A stretch of DNA of 64,000 nt from Candidatus Aenigmatarchaeota archaeon (GCA_039091335.1 JAWCME010000001.1:10024-74023), one strand, 5' to 3'; positions 1 to 10,072 are shown, counted from the first letter of the stretch. The notes: generated from the letters alone by a model not told the origin. Numbers and translations are program-made.

Positions 1-290
1 AAGTTTACTGGAAAGTGAGAATATACAACTCTTAACTTATAAACAAATCCTTTTGTTACACCCTTTATCATGTTTTTAATATGTGCTTCTATGGTACCCA
101 CCATTGCCTTAATTTTTCTTCTTTCAGATTCAGAAAAAATCCTTATTTTATTTTCCGACTTTTCTATCCTTATTTCACTAAATCCCTTGAACTCCTTTTC
201 CAAACTTCCTTTTGGTCCAGAGACTTTAATTTTTCTTCCTTCTATTTCGATGCTAACTCCTTCTGGCACGATAATCTCTTTTTCGTACAT
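1..290 (-). CDS. rpl6: 50S ribosomal protein L6 (N-terminal part; gene runs off the left edge of the window)
   Basis: Reverse-strand translation from ATG (cat at 288-290) gives MYEKEIIVPEGVSIEIEGRKIKVSGPKGSLEKEF...THIKNMIKGVTKGFVYKLRVVYSHFP, a typical archaeal L6 N-terminus. No stop before the window edge, so it is missing from the ORF track. Confidence 0.75.
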   Translation of the reverse strand, partial: MYEKEIIVPEGVSIEIEGRKIKVSGPKGSLEKEFKGFSEIRIEKSENKIRIFSESERRKIKAMVGTIEAHIKNMIKGVTKGFVYKLRVVYSHFPVN

Positions 291-407
291 TTCAATCCCT
301 TATTAATTAAATTTTTCTTGTTTTAATTTTCATCTAGCTTTTTGTCCTAAGTCAAAGAGAGTTATCTGTTTAATATGTTTAATATGGGATATTTTTCCTT
401 TTAAGCT

Positions 408-794
408 TTAATATATGTAACAAAGCAGTTTTCCGCCTATATGCAACTCCTTTGCTTTTATGTGGTCCATTACACCCTTTGAAGTACTTAGAATTAAAAT
501 CCCGAATTCTCTTCTAGGCAGGAACCTTTTCTCGTATTTTTCAAACTCTTCAATTTTAACTGAAAACCTTGGTTTTATTACATTAACATTAATTATCCTT
601 CCTTTTAGCTCTACTCTGAACTTTCCAGATTTTCCGTCGTCTATAAATTCAAAAGCTCCTATATAGCCCCTTTTCTGCATAACTTCTAGAACAGCCTTTA
701 TAAGCTTTGAAGCATTAACTATGCATTCTTTCTTTCCCACTCTTTCAGAATTTTTTATTGCAGACAACGCATCTGCTAGCTGGTCTTGAAGCAT
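408..794 (-). CDS. rps8: 30S ribosomal protein S8
   Basis: 128 aa. [19 protein letters not shown]... matches the S8 N-terminal signature. Lies upstream of rpl6 on the same strand. Confidence 0.85.
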   Translation of the reverse strand: MLQDQLADALSAIKNSERVGKKECIVNASKLIKAVLEVMQKRGYIGAFEFIDDGKSGKFRVELKGRIINVNVIKPRFSVKIEEFEKYEKRFLPRREFGILILSTSKGVMDHIKAKELHIGGKLLCYIY

Positions 795-841
795 TCTTCC
801 ACCTGTGGTATAATTTTGATTTAAATTTTTAAATTAAAAAA

Positions 842-941
842 TGCGCCGAGCGGGATTTGAACCCGCGTTGCAAGCTTGGAAGGCATACGCCAAAGTTCGC
901 GTCTTAGACCTTCAGCCTTTCGTAGGCTGGACCATCGGCGC
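842..941 (-). tRNA. tRNA gene, about 100 nt, non-canonical; isotype unresolved (possibly Gly-UCC with intervening sequences)
   Basis: Reverse complement reads GCGCCGA UG ... GCGGG UUCAAAU CCCGC UCGGCGC A: a perfect 7-bp acceptor stem, canonical T-arm and U8. Between them are 45+ nt including a hairpin CAGCC-UACGAAA-GGCUG and a CUUCCAA loop. Too long for a class I tRNA unless there are one or two introns. Confidence 0.7.
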
Positions 942-1117
942 ATTTATAGCTTTATAAATAATAAATAAAATCTTTTAAATATGTTTAAAGATGATGTGAT
1001 TAAAAGAGCGATAAGAAGATTTAAAAAAATGTTTCCTTGTTCTGAGGGACTGGAAAAAGAGCTTATCCCTCTTGGTAGAGAGGAAGCAAAACCAAGGACA
1101 TTAAAAAAAAGGAAAGG

Positions 1118-1486
1118 TTAACCTATATATTCTGGATGCTTTATTGGAACTTGTATAGGTCTACCCTTTGGCCTTCTTTTAAAATATTCCTTGTATGCCT
1201 CCCAAATTTTTCTTCCCTTTTCTCCATGAAGAATTTTTATTATCAACTGTCTTGGCCTGAAAGGTTGTTCTGATGTTGGGTTGTAGTCTATAAGCACAAC
1301 ATCTCCAGCTTTAATCTTGTCACTAATTCTTGGGTCTACTAAATATGTTATTATATTCTCGTCCCACGTTTCAACTACAGCCTGAACAGAATTATCAGAG
1401 CTTTCAACTTCTTTTTCCTTTGGAAAAATTACTTCCAATACAATGCCTGGATGGTAGTACACCATATTCTCACAATTTATATCCAA
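1118..1486 (-). CDS. hypothetical protein (122 aa)
   Basis: Clean ORF; no family recognised. Confidence 0.4.
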   Translation of the reverse strand: MDINCENMVYYHPGIVLEVIFPKEKEVESSDNSVQAVVETWDENIITYLVDPRISDKIKAGDVVLIDYNPTSEQPFRPRQLIIKILHGEKGRKIWEAYKEYFKRRPKGRPIQVPIKHPEYIG

Positions 1487-1961
1487 TCTTTCTTAAAAAT
1501 TCTTTTCTTTCCTCAATCTCCTTTTCTTCCTCTATCCCCTTTGATTTAAACCCATCCACTACTCCAAGTATCGCCCTTCCTTGATCTGTTTCGCATATTA
1601 TAACCTCTACAGGATTTGCTGTTGCACAAAATATTGAGCATACCTCTGGAACGTCCTTTAGTTTTGGTAAAATGTTTATTGGATAAGCGTTTCTCATGAA
1701 AATTATGAAGCAGTGCCCTGCTGAAATTTTAAGTGCATTCTCTATAGCAATCTTCTTCAACTCCTCGTCGTTTCCAGAATGCCTTATCAAACATGGACCA
1801 GAAGCTTCGCAAAAAGCAAGCCCAAATTTAATGTTTGGAACAGAATTAACTAAAGCCTCGTGTATATCCTCTACACTCTTAATAAAATGGGATTGCCCAA
1901 GGATTAAATTGCAATTCTCTGGAACTTGTATTTTTATTATTTTTAACTCCATATTATTCAT
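1470..1961 (-). CDS. conserved archaeal protein, possibly adenosine-specific kinase family (PF04008-like)
   Basis: 163 aa. Motifs [16 protein letters not shown] and [19 protein letters not shown] recalled as resembling this family; weak recall only. Confidence 0.3.
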   Translation of the reverse strand: MNNMELKIIKIQVPENCNLILGQSHFIKSVEDIHEALVNSVPNIKFGLAFCEASGPCLIRHSGNDEELKKIAIENALKISAGHCFIIFMRNAYPINILPKLKDVPEVCSIFCATANPVEVIICETDQGRAILGVVDGFKSKGIEEEKEIEERKEFLRKIGYKL

Positions 1962-1982
1962 TTTTTATTCAAAATTTAAATC

Positions 1983-3260
1983 TTGCTGAGGTTAAAAATA
2001 ATAAACATGATTGGTTTAGTAGTAGTTTCTTCTAACATAGAAAAACAGAAAGAAGTAGGAGAAAAACTGAAAAAATTAGCAATCTCTACTTTTAATAAAT
2101 TTTCAAACATAGAGTTTTTTGATTTGGTTTTTAATGAAGAAATGGCGAAAAATCTTGTAGGAAGAATTAAAAAGGATGTTTGCGGATTAATAGTGCTTGT
2201 TGCGACTGGTGGGACTGAAAGAACAATAAGGGCTCTTGCTAAACTTAGAAAACCAATGCTTATCTTAGCAAATCCATTTAATAATTCTCTTGCCTCATCT
2301 TTAGAAGCATATTCCAAAATTAAAGAAAAATACCGTGTAAAACTTTTCTATTCTGATTTTAATTCTGATTTTTTGCATGAAATAAAATCTTTTTCTGAGG
2401 TGTGCGAAGTCATATCTAAACTTAAGGACTGTAAAATTGGGGTCATAGGCAAACCTTCAAAATGGCCTCTTTCTAAAAGAAACAAAAAACTCATAAGAAG
2501 GCTCGGACCAAGTTTAATACAACTAAAAATTCGAGATTTTTTAAAAGAGATTGAAAAAGTTAATGAAATAGAAGCAAATAATTTGTTGAAGCGTTTACGC
2601 TTAGGAAAAATTAAAGTTTCTAAAAAAGAATTGATTAAAGCAATAAAAGTTTATTTGGCACTTAAAGGATTAGCGTCGAAATATAAACTTTCGGCTGTTT
2701 CTATCAAATGTTTTGATATTATGAATTACAACTATACTCCATGCCTGGGAGTGAGTTTGTGTAATGATGATAATTTAATTGCAGGATGCGAGGCTGATCT
2801 ACAAAGCATTTTAACTATGATAATTGTCTCTTTTGTTTCAAATCAACAATGTTGGATGGCAAATCCCTCGAGAATATCTTTTGAAAAAAATACTATTTTG
2901 ATAGCTCACTGCACGATTGCTACTAAAATGATTTCTGATAGCTCAAAAATAGAGTTGATTACTCACATGGAATCTGGAAGTGGTGTAGCTATAAGGGGGC
3001 CTTTAAAAAATAAGGAAATAACCCTTGTAAGACTTGGTGGAAACCTTGAGAAAATGTTGATAGCAACAGGAAAAATAGTTAAAAGCAATATGAAAGAAGA
3101 AAATGTTTGCAGAACTCAGGCCGAGGTTAAATTAAAAGGTAAAATTGAAAGATGGATTGAAAATTCTTTGGGTAACCACCAAGTTTTGGTTTATGGTAAC
3201 ATCGAAAAAAAATTGATAGATTTTTGTAGATTTAAGAATATAGAAGCAATAGTAATTTAG
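1983..3260 (+). CDS. conserved hypothetical protein, possibly sugar-isomerase-like (FucI/AraA-type fold)
   Basis: 425 aa. VLVATGGTERTI and IAGCEADLQS motifs. Start may be the internal Met at 2007. Confidence 0.3.
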   Translation: MLRLKIINMIGLVVVSSNIEKQKEVGEKLKKLAISTFNKFSNIEFFDLVFNEEMAKNLVGRIKKDVCGLIVLVATGGTERTIRALAKLRKPMLILANPFNNSLASSLEAYSKIKEKYRVKLFYSDFNSDFLHEIKSFSEVCEVISKLKDCKIGVIGKPSKWPLSKRNKKLIRRLGPSLIQLKIRDFLKEIEKVNEIEANNLLKRLRLGKIKVSKKELIKAIKVYLALKGLASKYKLSAVSIKCFDIMNYNYTPCLGVSLCNDDNLIAGCEADLQSILTMIIVSFVSNQQCWMANPSRISFEKNTILIAHCTIATKMISDSSKIELITHMESGSGVAIRGPLKNKEITLVRLGGNLEKMLIATGKIVKSNMKEENVCRTQAEVKLKGKIERWIENSLGNHQVLVYGNIEKKLIDFCRFKNIEAIVI

Positions 3261-3961
3261 CTCTTTAATATTTTTAACATAGTTTGAGCATTAGATAACA
3301 TGTTTGTATTGTTATTAAAGAAGATATAAATTTTTTCCGGGCCAACCCTAAAGATTTTATCTTTTACTTCTTTCAACTCCTTGTTAGTATAATTGTGAGA
3401 ATACCATGCGTCCCTTCCATGCATTCTCAAATAAACAATTTTATTGGTAGAATAAACCTCTAAAGGAAAATCCGGTGAATCAACGCTAACCCAAGTTATT
3501 TTTAACTTAGATGCCCATTCTGTCCATTCTTCCTTAAACCAATCGAGGTTTCTTACTTCTAAAGCAAATTTTTCTTTTAGACCAGTTTTTTTAATGAATA
3601 TTTCTAGTTTTGAAGAAAAACTTGATGTAATGGAAGGGGGTAATTGAAACAAGTAAAAATCAATGTTTTTTTCTAACAATTTGAACAAGTCTTTAAACTT
3701 TTTCCAAAGCCCAAATGCCCTTTCGTTAAACTTAAATGTGTGCGTTATAAGCCTATTAACTTTAATACTCCATCTCAAAAATGGAAAAAAATTTTTTGTT
3801 TTTTTTAGCCAGGACTTTATTTGATTTGGAAAAGGGAAACGATAAAAACTTGCATTCAACTCAATTCCATTAAGTCTAGAATTCTTAAGATACCAATCAA
3901 AACTCAACTCTGGGTTCCAAGAGTAATACCACCCTGAGGTTCCTACAAATACTTCCATCAA
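3257..3961 (-). CDS. DUF72 (UPF0759) family protein
   Basis: N-terminal VGTSGWYYSW and FYRFP motifs characteristic of DUF72. Confidence 0.6.
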   Translation of the reverse strand: MMEVFVGTSGWYYSWNPELSFDWYLKNSRLNGIELNASFYRFPFPNQIKSWLKKTKNFFPFLRWSIKVNRLITHTFKFNERAFGLWKKFKDLFKLLEKNIDFYLFQLPPSITSSFSSKLEIFIKKTGLKEKFALEVRNLDWFKEEWTEWASKLKITWVSVDSPDFPLEVYSTNKIVYLRMHGRDAWYSHNYTNKELKEVKDKIFRVGPEKIYIFFNNNTNMLSNAQTMLKILKS

Positions 3962-3984
3962 TTTTAAATAATTTTTTATTAAAC

Positions 3985-4536
3985 TTATAGACCAAGCTCT
4001 TCGTGAATCTTTTGTAAAGATTTGAGAGATATTTCAAAAAACTTCTCTTTTTGAATTCCTATATCCTCACAAAAAGTTATTCTTTCCCTGCTACATCTTC
4101 TTGCAAATGTTTTGTCCTTAAAACTTTTAATTATACTCTCTACCCTAACTTCTTCTAATTTTTTAGAAGGCATCACAAGAGCGGTTGCAATTATTAAACC
4201 TGAAACAGAGTCAGCAGCAATTAGCGCCTTTTCTATGTTTTTTTCTGGTTTTGTTCCGTTGTTTTCAAAGTTGTGTGCCTTTATCACTTTTATCAAATCT
4301 TCCCTAACCCTTTCTCTCAAAATTTCTTCAGCCAAAATCCCGTGTTTTTCTGGGCTATTTTCCGTTTTTTCAAAATCTATGTCGTGAAGAAGACCTACAA
4401 TACCCCATTCTTCAATATTTTCGCCCAAAAAAGAGGCAACCCCCCTCATTATAGCCTCTACTGCAATGGAATGTTTTATCAAATATTCTTTTTTAATATT
4501 TTGGTTCAAAAGTTCAAGTGCCTCTTCCCTTTTCAT
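3985..4536 (-). CDS. HD-domain phosphohydrolase
   Basis: H...HD motif (HSIAV ... LLHDID); 183 aa. Confidence 0.6.
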   Translation of the reverse strand: MKREEALELLNQNIKKEYLIKHSIAVEAIMRGVASFLGENIEEWGIVGLLHDIDFEKTENSPEKHGILAEEILRERVREDLIKVIKAHNFENNGTKPEKNIEKALIAADSVSGLIIATALVMPSKKLEEVRVESIIKSFKDKTFARRCSRERITFCEDIGIQKEKFFEISLKSLQKIHEELGL

Positions 4537-4545
4537 AATCTATCA

Positions 4546-5670
4546 CTAAAATTCTATGTTAGACCCAGAAATTATACAAACTATTTTCCCTTCCAAATCT
4601 TTTTTCAATTTTAGTGCTCCACAAATACTTGCCACACCAGCAAGTTCTGCGATTATACCCTCTTTCCTTGCTAACAGCTCTCTTGTTTTTAAAAGTTCTT
4701 TATCTGTAACTACTTCTGCAATACCATTAGATTTATTTATCGCTTCCAATGCCTTTATACCATCTAACGGGTTGGGGCAGTCTATTGCAGAGGCAATTGT
4801 TCTTGATTTTTTTATTGGAGAAATATTATCCTCCCCCCTTTTCCAAGCATTTACTATAGGAGAACATCCAGAGGCCTGAATTCCAACCATTGCAGGCAAA
4901 TTATCTATTAGGCCAACTTCCTTCATATCAAGAAATGCGTCCCATACGGAATAAATTAGTGTTCCGTTTCCCATTGGGCAAACCACATAATCTGGAGAAG
5001 AGAATTCAAATTGGTCTGCTATTTCAAAACCGACTGATTTCTGGCCCTCTCCTCTAAATGGATAATCTCCAACTATATGTGCTCCAGTTTTTTTTGAGAA
5101 TTTTTCGCATGCTTCTAATGCTTTTGTATAATCGCCATTTACTCTGAAAACCCTAGCACCAAGCATATTAATTTTTTTGATTTTTTGTGTAGAAACTTTT
5201 CTTGGCAAAAAAACATTAGCTTTCATTCCGGCCCTAGAAGAGTATGCTGCAATAGAAATACCCATGTTTCCTGTAGAGGCACAACAAACATCTTTGGCTT
5301 TAATCTCTACTGCTCTTGTTATTTCTACACTACTTCCCCTGTCTTTAAAACTACCGGTTGGGTTTGTTGTTTCAATTTTAAGAAACAGATTTTCAAAACC
5401 AAATTTTTCTGACCGCAATAGCTGGGTCCCACCCTCCCCAAGTGTAACTGCTTTTTTTGAATCTACCGGATAAAACATCCAATACTTCCAATGTGTTGGT
5501 CTTTCTTTTATAAAACTCTCTTTAGATATGATTTTTTTTATTTCATCATAATCAAAAACTATATCTAAGCTTCCATAGCAAATTCTGCATCTATTAACTA
5601 TCTCATTTAATTCATATTCCAAACCACATTCTTTGCAAACAATTTTTTTAGCTGTTATCAAACAATTCAA
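4546..5670 (-). CDS. thrC: threonine synthase
   Basis: 374 aa. PLP-lysine motif NPTGSFKDRG; N-terminal Zn-ribbon CKECG...CRICYG, typical of the archaeal enzyme. Confidence 0.8.
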   Translation of the reverse strand: MNCLITAKKIVCKECGLEYELNEIVNRCRICYGSLDIVFDYDEIKKIISKESFIKERPTHWKYWMFYPVDSKKAVTLGEGGTQLLRSEKFGFENLFLKIETTNPTGSFKDRGSSVEITRAVEIKAKDVCCASTGNMGISIAAYSSRAGMKANVFLPRKVSTQKIKKINMLGARVFRVNGDYTKALEACEKFSKKTGAHIVGDYPFRGEGQKSVGFEIADQFEFSSPDYVVCPMGNGTLIYSVWDAFLDMKEVGLIDNLPAMVGIQASGCSPIVNAWKRGEDNISPIKKSRTIASAIDCPNPLDGIKALEAINKSNGIAEVVTDKELLKTRELLARKEGIIAELAGVASICGALKLKKDLEGKIVCIISGSNIEF

Positions 5671-6167
5671 CCTATTTCCATGCTTCTTCTCATCCAGAAT
5701 GCTTCTTCCTTCCCAATCTTCTTTTCTTCTATTTTTTTCTCTTCCTTCCCTTCTTCTTTTATCTCAATTCTAATGCTTTTAATTTTTTCTGCTATTCTCT
5801 TAAGTTCATCCTCAGTAATTTTAATTGGAGTAGACTCGATTAAAGGAACGTTTTCTTCATATACAGGATATATTCTGAAATGAAAGTGTGGTATTTCCTC
5901 TGAAGTTATTACTGAAATACTTATTGATTTTGGTTCTAGTGCCTGTTTTATCATTTCACTTACTATAAGTACAGACGAAAAGACTTTTTTTGATAACTCA
6001 AAGTTCTCGTCAAAAATTTTGTAATGGGTTTTTGGAATGACTATTGCCATTCCCCTTGAGCGAGGAAAAAGATCTAGAAATGCCGTTGAATTTTCGTCCT
6101 CATATATTATAAATGCGGGAATTTGTTTATTTGCTATTTTACAAAACACACAATCTTTTTGCTCCAT
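5667..6167 (-). CDS. HIT-family (histidine triad) hydrolase
   Basis: Homology starts at MEQKDCVFCKIANKQIPAFIIYED; histidine-triad-like EIPHFHFRIYP. The ORF-track N-terminal extension (to 6422) has no homology and overlaps the rpl3 upstream region, so the Met at 6165-6167 is preferred. Confidence 0.65.
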   Translation of the reverse strand: MEQKDCVFCKIANKQIPAFIIYEDENSTAFLDLFPRSRGMAIVIPKTHYKIFDENFELSKKVFSSVLIVSEMIKQALEPKSISISVITSEEIPHFHFRIYPVYEENVPLIESTPIKITEDELKRIAEKIKSIRIEIKEEGKEEKKIEEKKIGKEEAFWMRRSMEIG

Positions 6168-6206
6168 ACTGTTAATTTTAAATGGATAGAATTTAAGTTT
6201 ATTTAA

Positions 6207-7196
6207 TTGAATTTGCAGGTGATGGGAATGGTAAAGGAAGGAAATCCACGCAGAGGCTCTCTTCAGTTCTATCCAAGGAAGAGGGCAAAAAGAATTTATC
6301 CAGCCATAAAAACATATCCAAAAAGTGAAAAGGCAAGGATATTGGGTTTTGCTGGTTATAAGGCTGGAATGCTTCATGCAATAATAATTGATAATAAAAA
6401 GAATTCTCCTACATTTGGACAAGAAATATCTGTACCAATAACTGTTTTGGATTGTCCTCCTCTTAAAGTTTTGGGTATTAGGGTTTATGAATCTACAACA
6501 AAAGGATTTAGAGCACTAAGCGAAGCATGGACAAAAGAACTACCGAAAGATTTGAGCAGAAAATTAAAAATTAACCCAAAAGAATATAATCTGGAGAACA
6601 TTGAAAAAATGATCGAAAAAATTTCTAAGGTTAGGATCATAGTAGCAACTCAGCCAAAATTGTCTGGAATTGGAAAGAAAAAACCAGAGGTTTTTGAAAT
6701 AGAAGTTGGTGGAACAAATATCAAGGAAAAAATAGATTTTGCTAAATCATTGCTTGGAAAAGAGATTAGAATAGAAGATTTTGTAAAAGATGGAGAACTT
6801 GTTGATGTCATCTCGATAACAAAGGGGAAAGGGTATGCTGGACCTGTTAAAAGGTTTGGAATAAAAATTCAGAATAGGAAGGCACATAAGAAAAGAAGAC
6901 ATGTTGGCACGCTCGGCCCAGAAACACCTTCTAGGGTAAGATGGACCGTACCTATGGCAGGCCAGATGGGATTTATGAGAAGAACTGAGATAAACAAAAG
7001 GGTATTGAAAGTTGGGAAAGGAGAAGAAATAACACCAAAGGGTGGATTTAAAAGATATGGAAAAGTGAAAACAAGCTATTTGATAGTTGAAGGTTCTGTA
7101 CCAGGAGAAAAAAAGAGGCTTGTCTTTATTAGAGCTCCAATAAGACCAGGAAAGATTAAATTTTTACCTACCGAGATTAAAAAAATTGTTAGTTAG
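6207..7196 (+). CDS. rpl3: 50S ribosomal protein L3
   Basis: NPRRGSLQFYPRKRA N-terminal signature; true start probably MVKEG at 6228. Confidence 0.9.
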   Translation: MNLQVMGMVKEGNPRRGSLQFYPRKRAKRIYPAIKTYPKSEKARILGFAGYKAGMLHAIIIDNKKNSPTFGQEISVPITVLDCPPLKVLGIRVYESTTKGFRALSEAWTKELPKDLSRKLKINPKEYNLENIEKMIEKISKVRIIVATQPKLSGIGKKKPEVFEIEVGGTNIKEKIDFAKSLLGKEIRIEDFVKDGELVDVISITKGKGYAGPVKRFGIKIQNRKAHKKRRHVGTLGPETPSRVRWTVPMAGQMGFMRRTEINKRVLKVGKGEEITPKGGFKRYGKVKTSYLIVEGSVPGEKKRLVFIRAPIRPGKIKFLPTEIKKIVS

Positions 7197-7240
7197 AAAT
7201 ATCTTAAATTTTTATTTATAAAACTTTAAGATATGGTAAT

Positions 7241-8056
7241 ATGAAGGTTAGTGTTCTTGGTTTAGACGGAAAGGCAACAGAGGAAATTGAGTTGCCAAGT
7301 TTATTTAAAACACAGATTAGAGAAGATCTAATTCTCAGAGCGTTTCTTGCAACCCAAAGCAAAAAAAGACAACCTTATGGAGTAGATGTTTTAGCAGGAA
7401 AAAGAACATCAGCGCACTATCATGGCATGAGAAGGGAGAGATTTACAATGATGGGAAGAGATATTGCAAGGATGCCACGCATACATGGAAAAGGTGTTTC
7501 TCCAGCTTTAGCATGGAGGGCAAGATTCGTGCCTCAAGCTGTTAAAGGAAGGGCCGCACATCCGCCAAAAAAAGAAAAGATATGGGAACAGAAAATAAAC
7601 AAAAAGGAAAGAAGAAAAGCAATTCAGTCAGCAATAGCAGCGACAGCATCCATAGATTATGTTAAAAAAAAACACAGGCTTGGAAAAGATATGAAACTGC
7701 CTATAGTTGTAGAGGATAAAATTCAAGAAATATCTAAAACAAAAAATCTTGTTGAATTTTTGAAAAACATTGGGCTTGAGGAAGAAATAAAAAGGGTTGA
7801 GAAGAGGAAACTAAGGGCGGGAAAAGGAAAGAGACGGGGAAGAAAATATAAAGAAGGGGTTGGACCACTAATAGTAGTAGCAGAAGATGAGGGGATAAGT
7901 AAGGCTGCAAAAAATTTAATTGGAGTAAATGTATGCAGAGTTGAAAATTTGAGCGTAGAACATCTTGCACCTGGAGGTGTCCCTGGGAGAATTTCAATAT
8001 GGTCAAAAAGTGCAATAAATAAGCTTGAAAACTTTTTAAATTCTAAAAATATTTAA
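7241..8056 (+). CDS. rpl4: 50S ribosomal protein L4
   Basis: 271 aa with a typical archaeal L4 N-terminus (KV.V..LDG). Confidence 0.85.
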   Translation: MKVSVLGLDGKATEEIELPSLFKTQIREDLILRAFLATQSKKRQPYGVDVLAGKRTSAHYHGMRRERFTMMGRDIARMPRIHGKGVSPALAWRARFVPQAVKGRAAHPPKKEKIWEQKINKKERRKAIQSAIAATASIDYVKKKHRLGKDMKLPIVVEDKIQEISKTKNLVEFLKNIGLEEEIKRVEKRKLRAGKGKRRGRKYKEGVGPLIVVAEDEGISKAAKNLIGVNVCRVENLSVEHLAPGGVPGRISIWSKSAINKLENFLNSKNI

Positions 8057-8238
8057 TTAATTCAAATTGATTAAATGATTGAATTTGAAAAATTTTCGAA
8101 ATTTAGGACGAAGGAAGATTATACAACAAGAATAAATGTTTTTAATAAAAAAACTGAAAGTTTGAAAAAAACTTCTGAAGTCCTGAAGGAAATTTGCATT
8201 TTATTGAATAAAGAATAAATTTATTATTTCATTTAATT

Positions 8239-8505
8239 TTGATTATGGATCCATATAGTGTTTTGAAATATCCGCATTTGACAGAAAAATCTGTTGCACT
8301 GCTTGAAAAGGAGAATAAAATAGTTTTTATAGTAGACAGGAAAGCAAACAAAAAAGAAATAAAGGAAGCCTTTGAAAAAATTTTTGAAGTTAAGGTAAAA
8401 GAAGTTAATACTTTAATAACTTCTACAGGAGAGAAGAAGGCATTCATAAAACTTGACCCGAAGTTCAAAGCAACAGAAGTAGCAACAAGACTTGGAATTG
8501 TTTAG
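8239..8505 (+). CDS. rpl23: 50S ribosomal protein L23
   Basis: 88 aa; sits between L4 and L2 as in the conserved operon. Confidence 0.8.
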   Translation: MIMDPYSVLKYPHLTEKSVALLEKENKIVFIVDRKANKKEIKEAFEKIFEVKVKEVNTLITSTGEKKAFIKLDPKFKATEVATRLGIV

Positions 8506-8548
8506 TTTATTAGCTTAGAAAAAAATTTAAATATTAAATTGGGTTTAA

Positions 8549-9259
8549 GTGAATAGCATGGGAAAAAGAATTATTGTAAGAGCAAGAGGCAGGGGTGGTC
8601 CAAGATATAGGGCACCAAGCCATAGATATTTGGGTAGAGTTGAATATTTGCCTGTGGGGATAAGCGGAAAAGTAAAAGATATAGTTCATGATCCTGGAAG
8701 AACGGCGCCTGTAGCTATAATTAAACTTGAAAACGGAAGGGAGGTTTTACATATTGCCCCAGAAGGACTAAAAGCTGGTGATATAGTATCTTATGATGGG
8801 GATGTTTCTGTTGGAAATGTTTTGCCCTTGGAAAAAATTCCTGAAGGAACAAAGATATGCTGCATTGAAACCTATCCTGGTTCAGGACCAAAAATTTGTA
8901 GAAGTTCTGGGAGTTTTGGGATAGTTTCTGGAAGGGTTGGAAACAACATAACAGTAACATTAAGTTCCGGAAAAACAAAAATTTTAAACCCAAAATGCAG
9001 GGCCATGATAGGTATTCCGGCCGGAGGTGGAAGAACAGAAAAACCATTTGTAAAAGCAGGTAAGAGATTCTATGCGCTATCTGCAAGAGGAAAGTTATAT
9101 CCAAGGGTAAAGGGTGTTGTAATGGCTCCTGTGGATCATCCGTATGGTGGAAGAAGCAAAAGGCCAAAACCATCAAAAACTGTTAGTAGGTTTGCACCAC
9201 CAGGAGCCAAGGTTGGTTCTATCTCTGCTAGGAGAACAGGAAAAAGAAGGGGAGGATAA
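8549..9259 (+). CDS. rpl2: 50S ribosomal protein L2
   Basis: ARGRGGPRYRAPSHRYLG ... GGRTEKP ... HPYGGR. Confidence 0.9.
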   Translation: MNSMGKRIIVRARGRGGPRYRAPSHRYLGRVEYLPVGISGKVKDIVHDPGRTAPVAIIKLENGREVLHIAPEGLKAGDIVSYDGDVSVGNVLPLEKIPEGTKICCIETYPGSGPKICRSSGSFGIVSGRVGNNITVTLSSGKTKILNPKCRAMIGIPAGGGRTEKPFVKAGKRFYALSARGKLYPRVKGVVMAPVDHPYGGRSKRPKPSKTVSRFAPPGAKVGSISARRTGKRRGG

Positions 9260-9660
9260 TGGTAAAAGAGTTTTTTTTCAGAGGATATTCGCTGGAAGAA
9301 TTGAAAAAAATGAGCATAGAGCATTTTTCTAAACTATTACCTGCAAAATATAGAAGGAGTTTAAAGCGCGGTCTTACTGAACAACAGAAAAAACTTTTGG
9401 AAAACATAAGAAAAAACCCGGAAAAATTCCACAAAACACATGTAAGAGACATGATAATTTTACCCGAGATGGTTGGAGCAAAAATAGGGGTTTATTTGGG
9501 AGGAAAGAAGGGAGAAACTTCAAGATGGTTTCCTCTAACTATAACACCGGAGATGATAGGTCGTAGGTTGGGTGAATTTGTCCCGACAACAAAAAAAGTT
9601 AAACACAGTGCCCCGGGGATTGGAGCAACAAGAGGGTCTAAGTTCTTTGCAACTAAGTAA
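9259..9660 (+). CDS. rps19: 30S ribosomal protein S19
   Basis: C-terminal GEFVPTTKKVKHSAPGIGATRGSKFF. Confidence 0.85.
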   Translation: MVKEFFFRGYSLEELKKMSIEHFSKLLPAKYRRSLKRGLTEQQKKLLENIRKNPEKFHKTHVRDMIILPEMVGAKIGVYLGGKKGETSRWFPLTITPEMIGRRLGEFVPTTKKVKHSAPGIGATRGSKFFATK

Positions 9661-9712
9661 TTTTAAATTTTTCTATATTGAAAATTTTAAAAAGAAATTA
9701 AGTGATGTTGGA

Positions 9713-10072
9713 ATGAAAAAAAGCATTTCGAAAATAAGGGACGCAAGAGTTTCACTTAAGAAATGTATTGTGATATGCAAAGAATTAAAAGGCAAAAAAA
9801 TCAGTAAAGCAAAAGATTTTTTGGAAAAATTGATTAAAAAAGAAATAAGCTTAAACGGAAAATACTATACAAACCCAGCTAAAAAAATACTTGAGCTTTT
9901 AAAGAACGCTGAAGCCGATGCAAAGTTTAAGGGATTGGAATTAGAAAGAACTTTTATTAAAAATATAAAGGCCGATAAAGGGTTTACGTTCATAAGACCA
10001 AGATCAAGGTTTAGGTTAAGGGGGAGAAGAATAAAGGCAACCCATTTAACTGTTGAGTTAGAGGAAAGATAA
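9713..10072 (+). CDS. rpl22: 50S ribosomal protein L22
   Basis: ORF-track frame opens at 9572 inside rps19. Homology begins at MKKSISKIRDARVSLKK; start placed at ATG 9713. Confidence 0.8.
   Translation: MKKSISKIRDARVSLKKCIVICKELKGKKISKAKDFLEKLIKKEISLNGKYYTNPAKKILELLKNAEADAKFKGLELERTFIKNIKADKGFTFIRPRSRFRLRGRRIKATHLTVELEER

Noticed and set aside
70-326. Plus-strand ORFs 70-306 and 81-326
   Set aside because: They lie antisense to the clear rpl6 coding sequence; their low-complexity translations are typical shadow ORFs.
842-941. Alternative reading of the first tRNA as tRNA-Leu(UAA) using the GAAGG/CCUUC helix with an 18-nt intron, or tRNA-Ser(CGA) using the CAGCC-UACGAAA-GGCUG hairpin as anticodon arm
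   Set aside because: The Leu model requires C33 and an uninterpretable D-arm. The Ser model leaves no room for a D-arm and has A33. Neither is convincing, so the isotype is left open.
981-1121. 46-aa plus-strand ORF (MFKDDVIKRAIRRFKKMFPCSEGLEK...) between the tRNA and the 122-aa gene
   Set aside because: Short, with no recognisable family and no obvious Shine-Dalgarno. Left uncalled, though a small DNA-binding peptide cannot be excluded.
4112-5473. Multiple plus-strand ORFs inside the HD-domain and thrC genes (4112-4387, 4273-4614, 4556-4879, 5177-5473, 5185-5412)
   Set aside because: They are antisense to well-supported genes, have biased hydrophobic/low-complexity composition, and have no homology signal.
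5667-6422. Long N-terminal extension of the HIT ORF (251 aa)
   Set aside because: Homology begins at the internal Met (6165-6167). The extension overlaps the rpl3 promoter/start region.
9572-9712. Upstream part of the ORF-track frame for rpl22 (first Met at 9572)
   Set aside because: That stretch lies inside the rps19 coding region in another frame. L22 homology starts at the Met at 9713.
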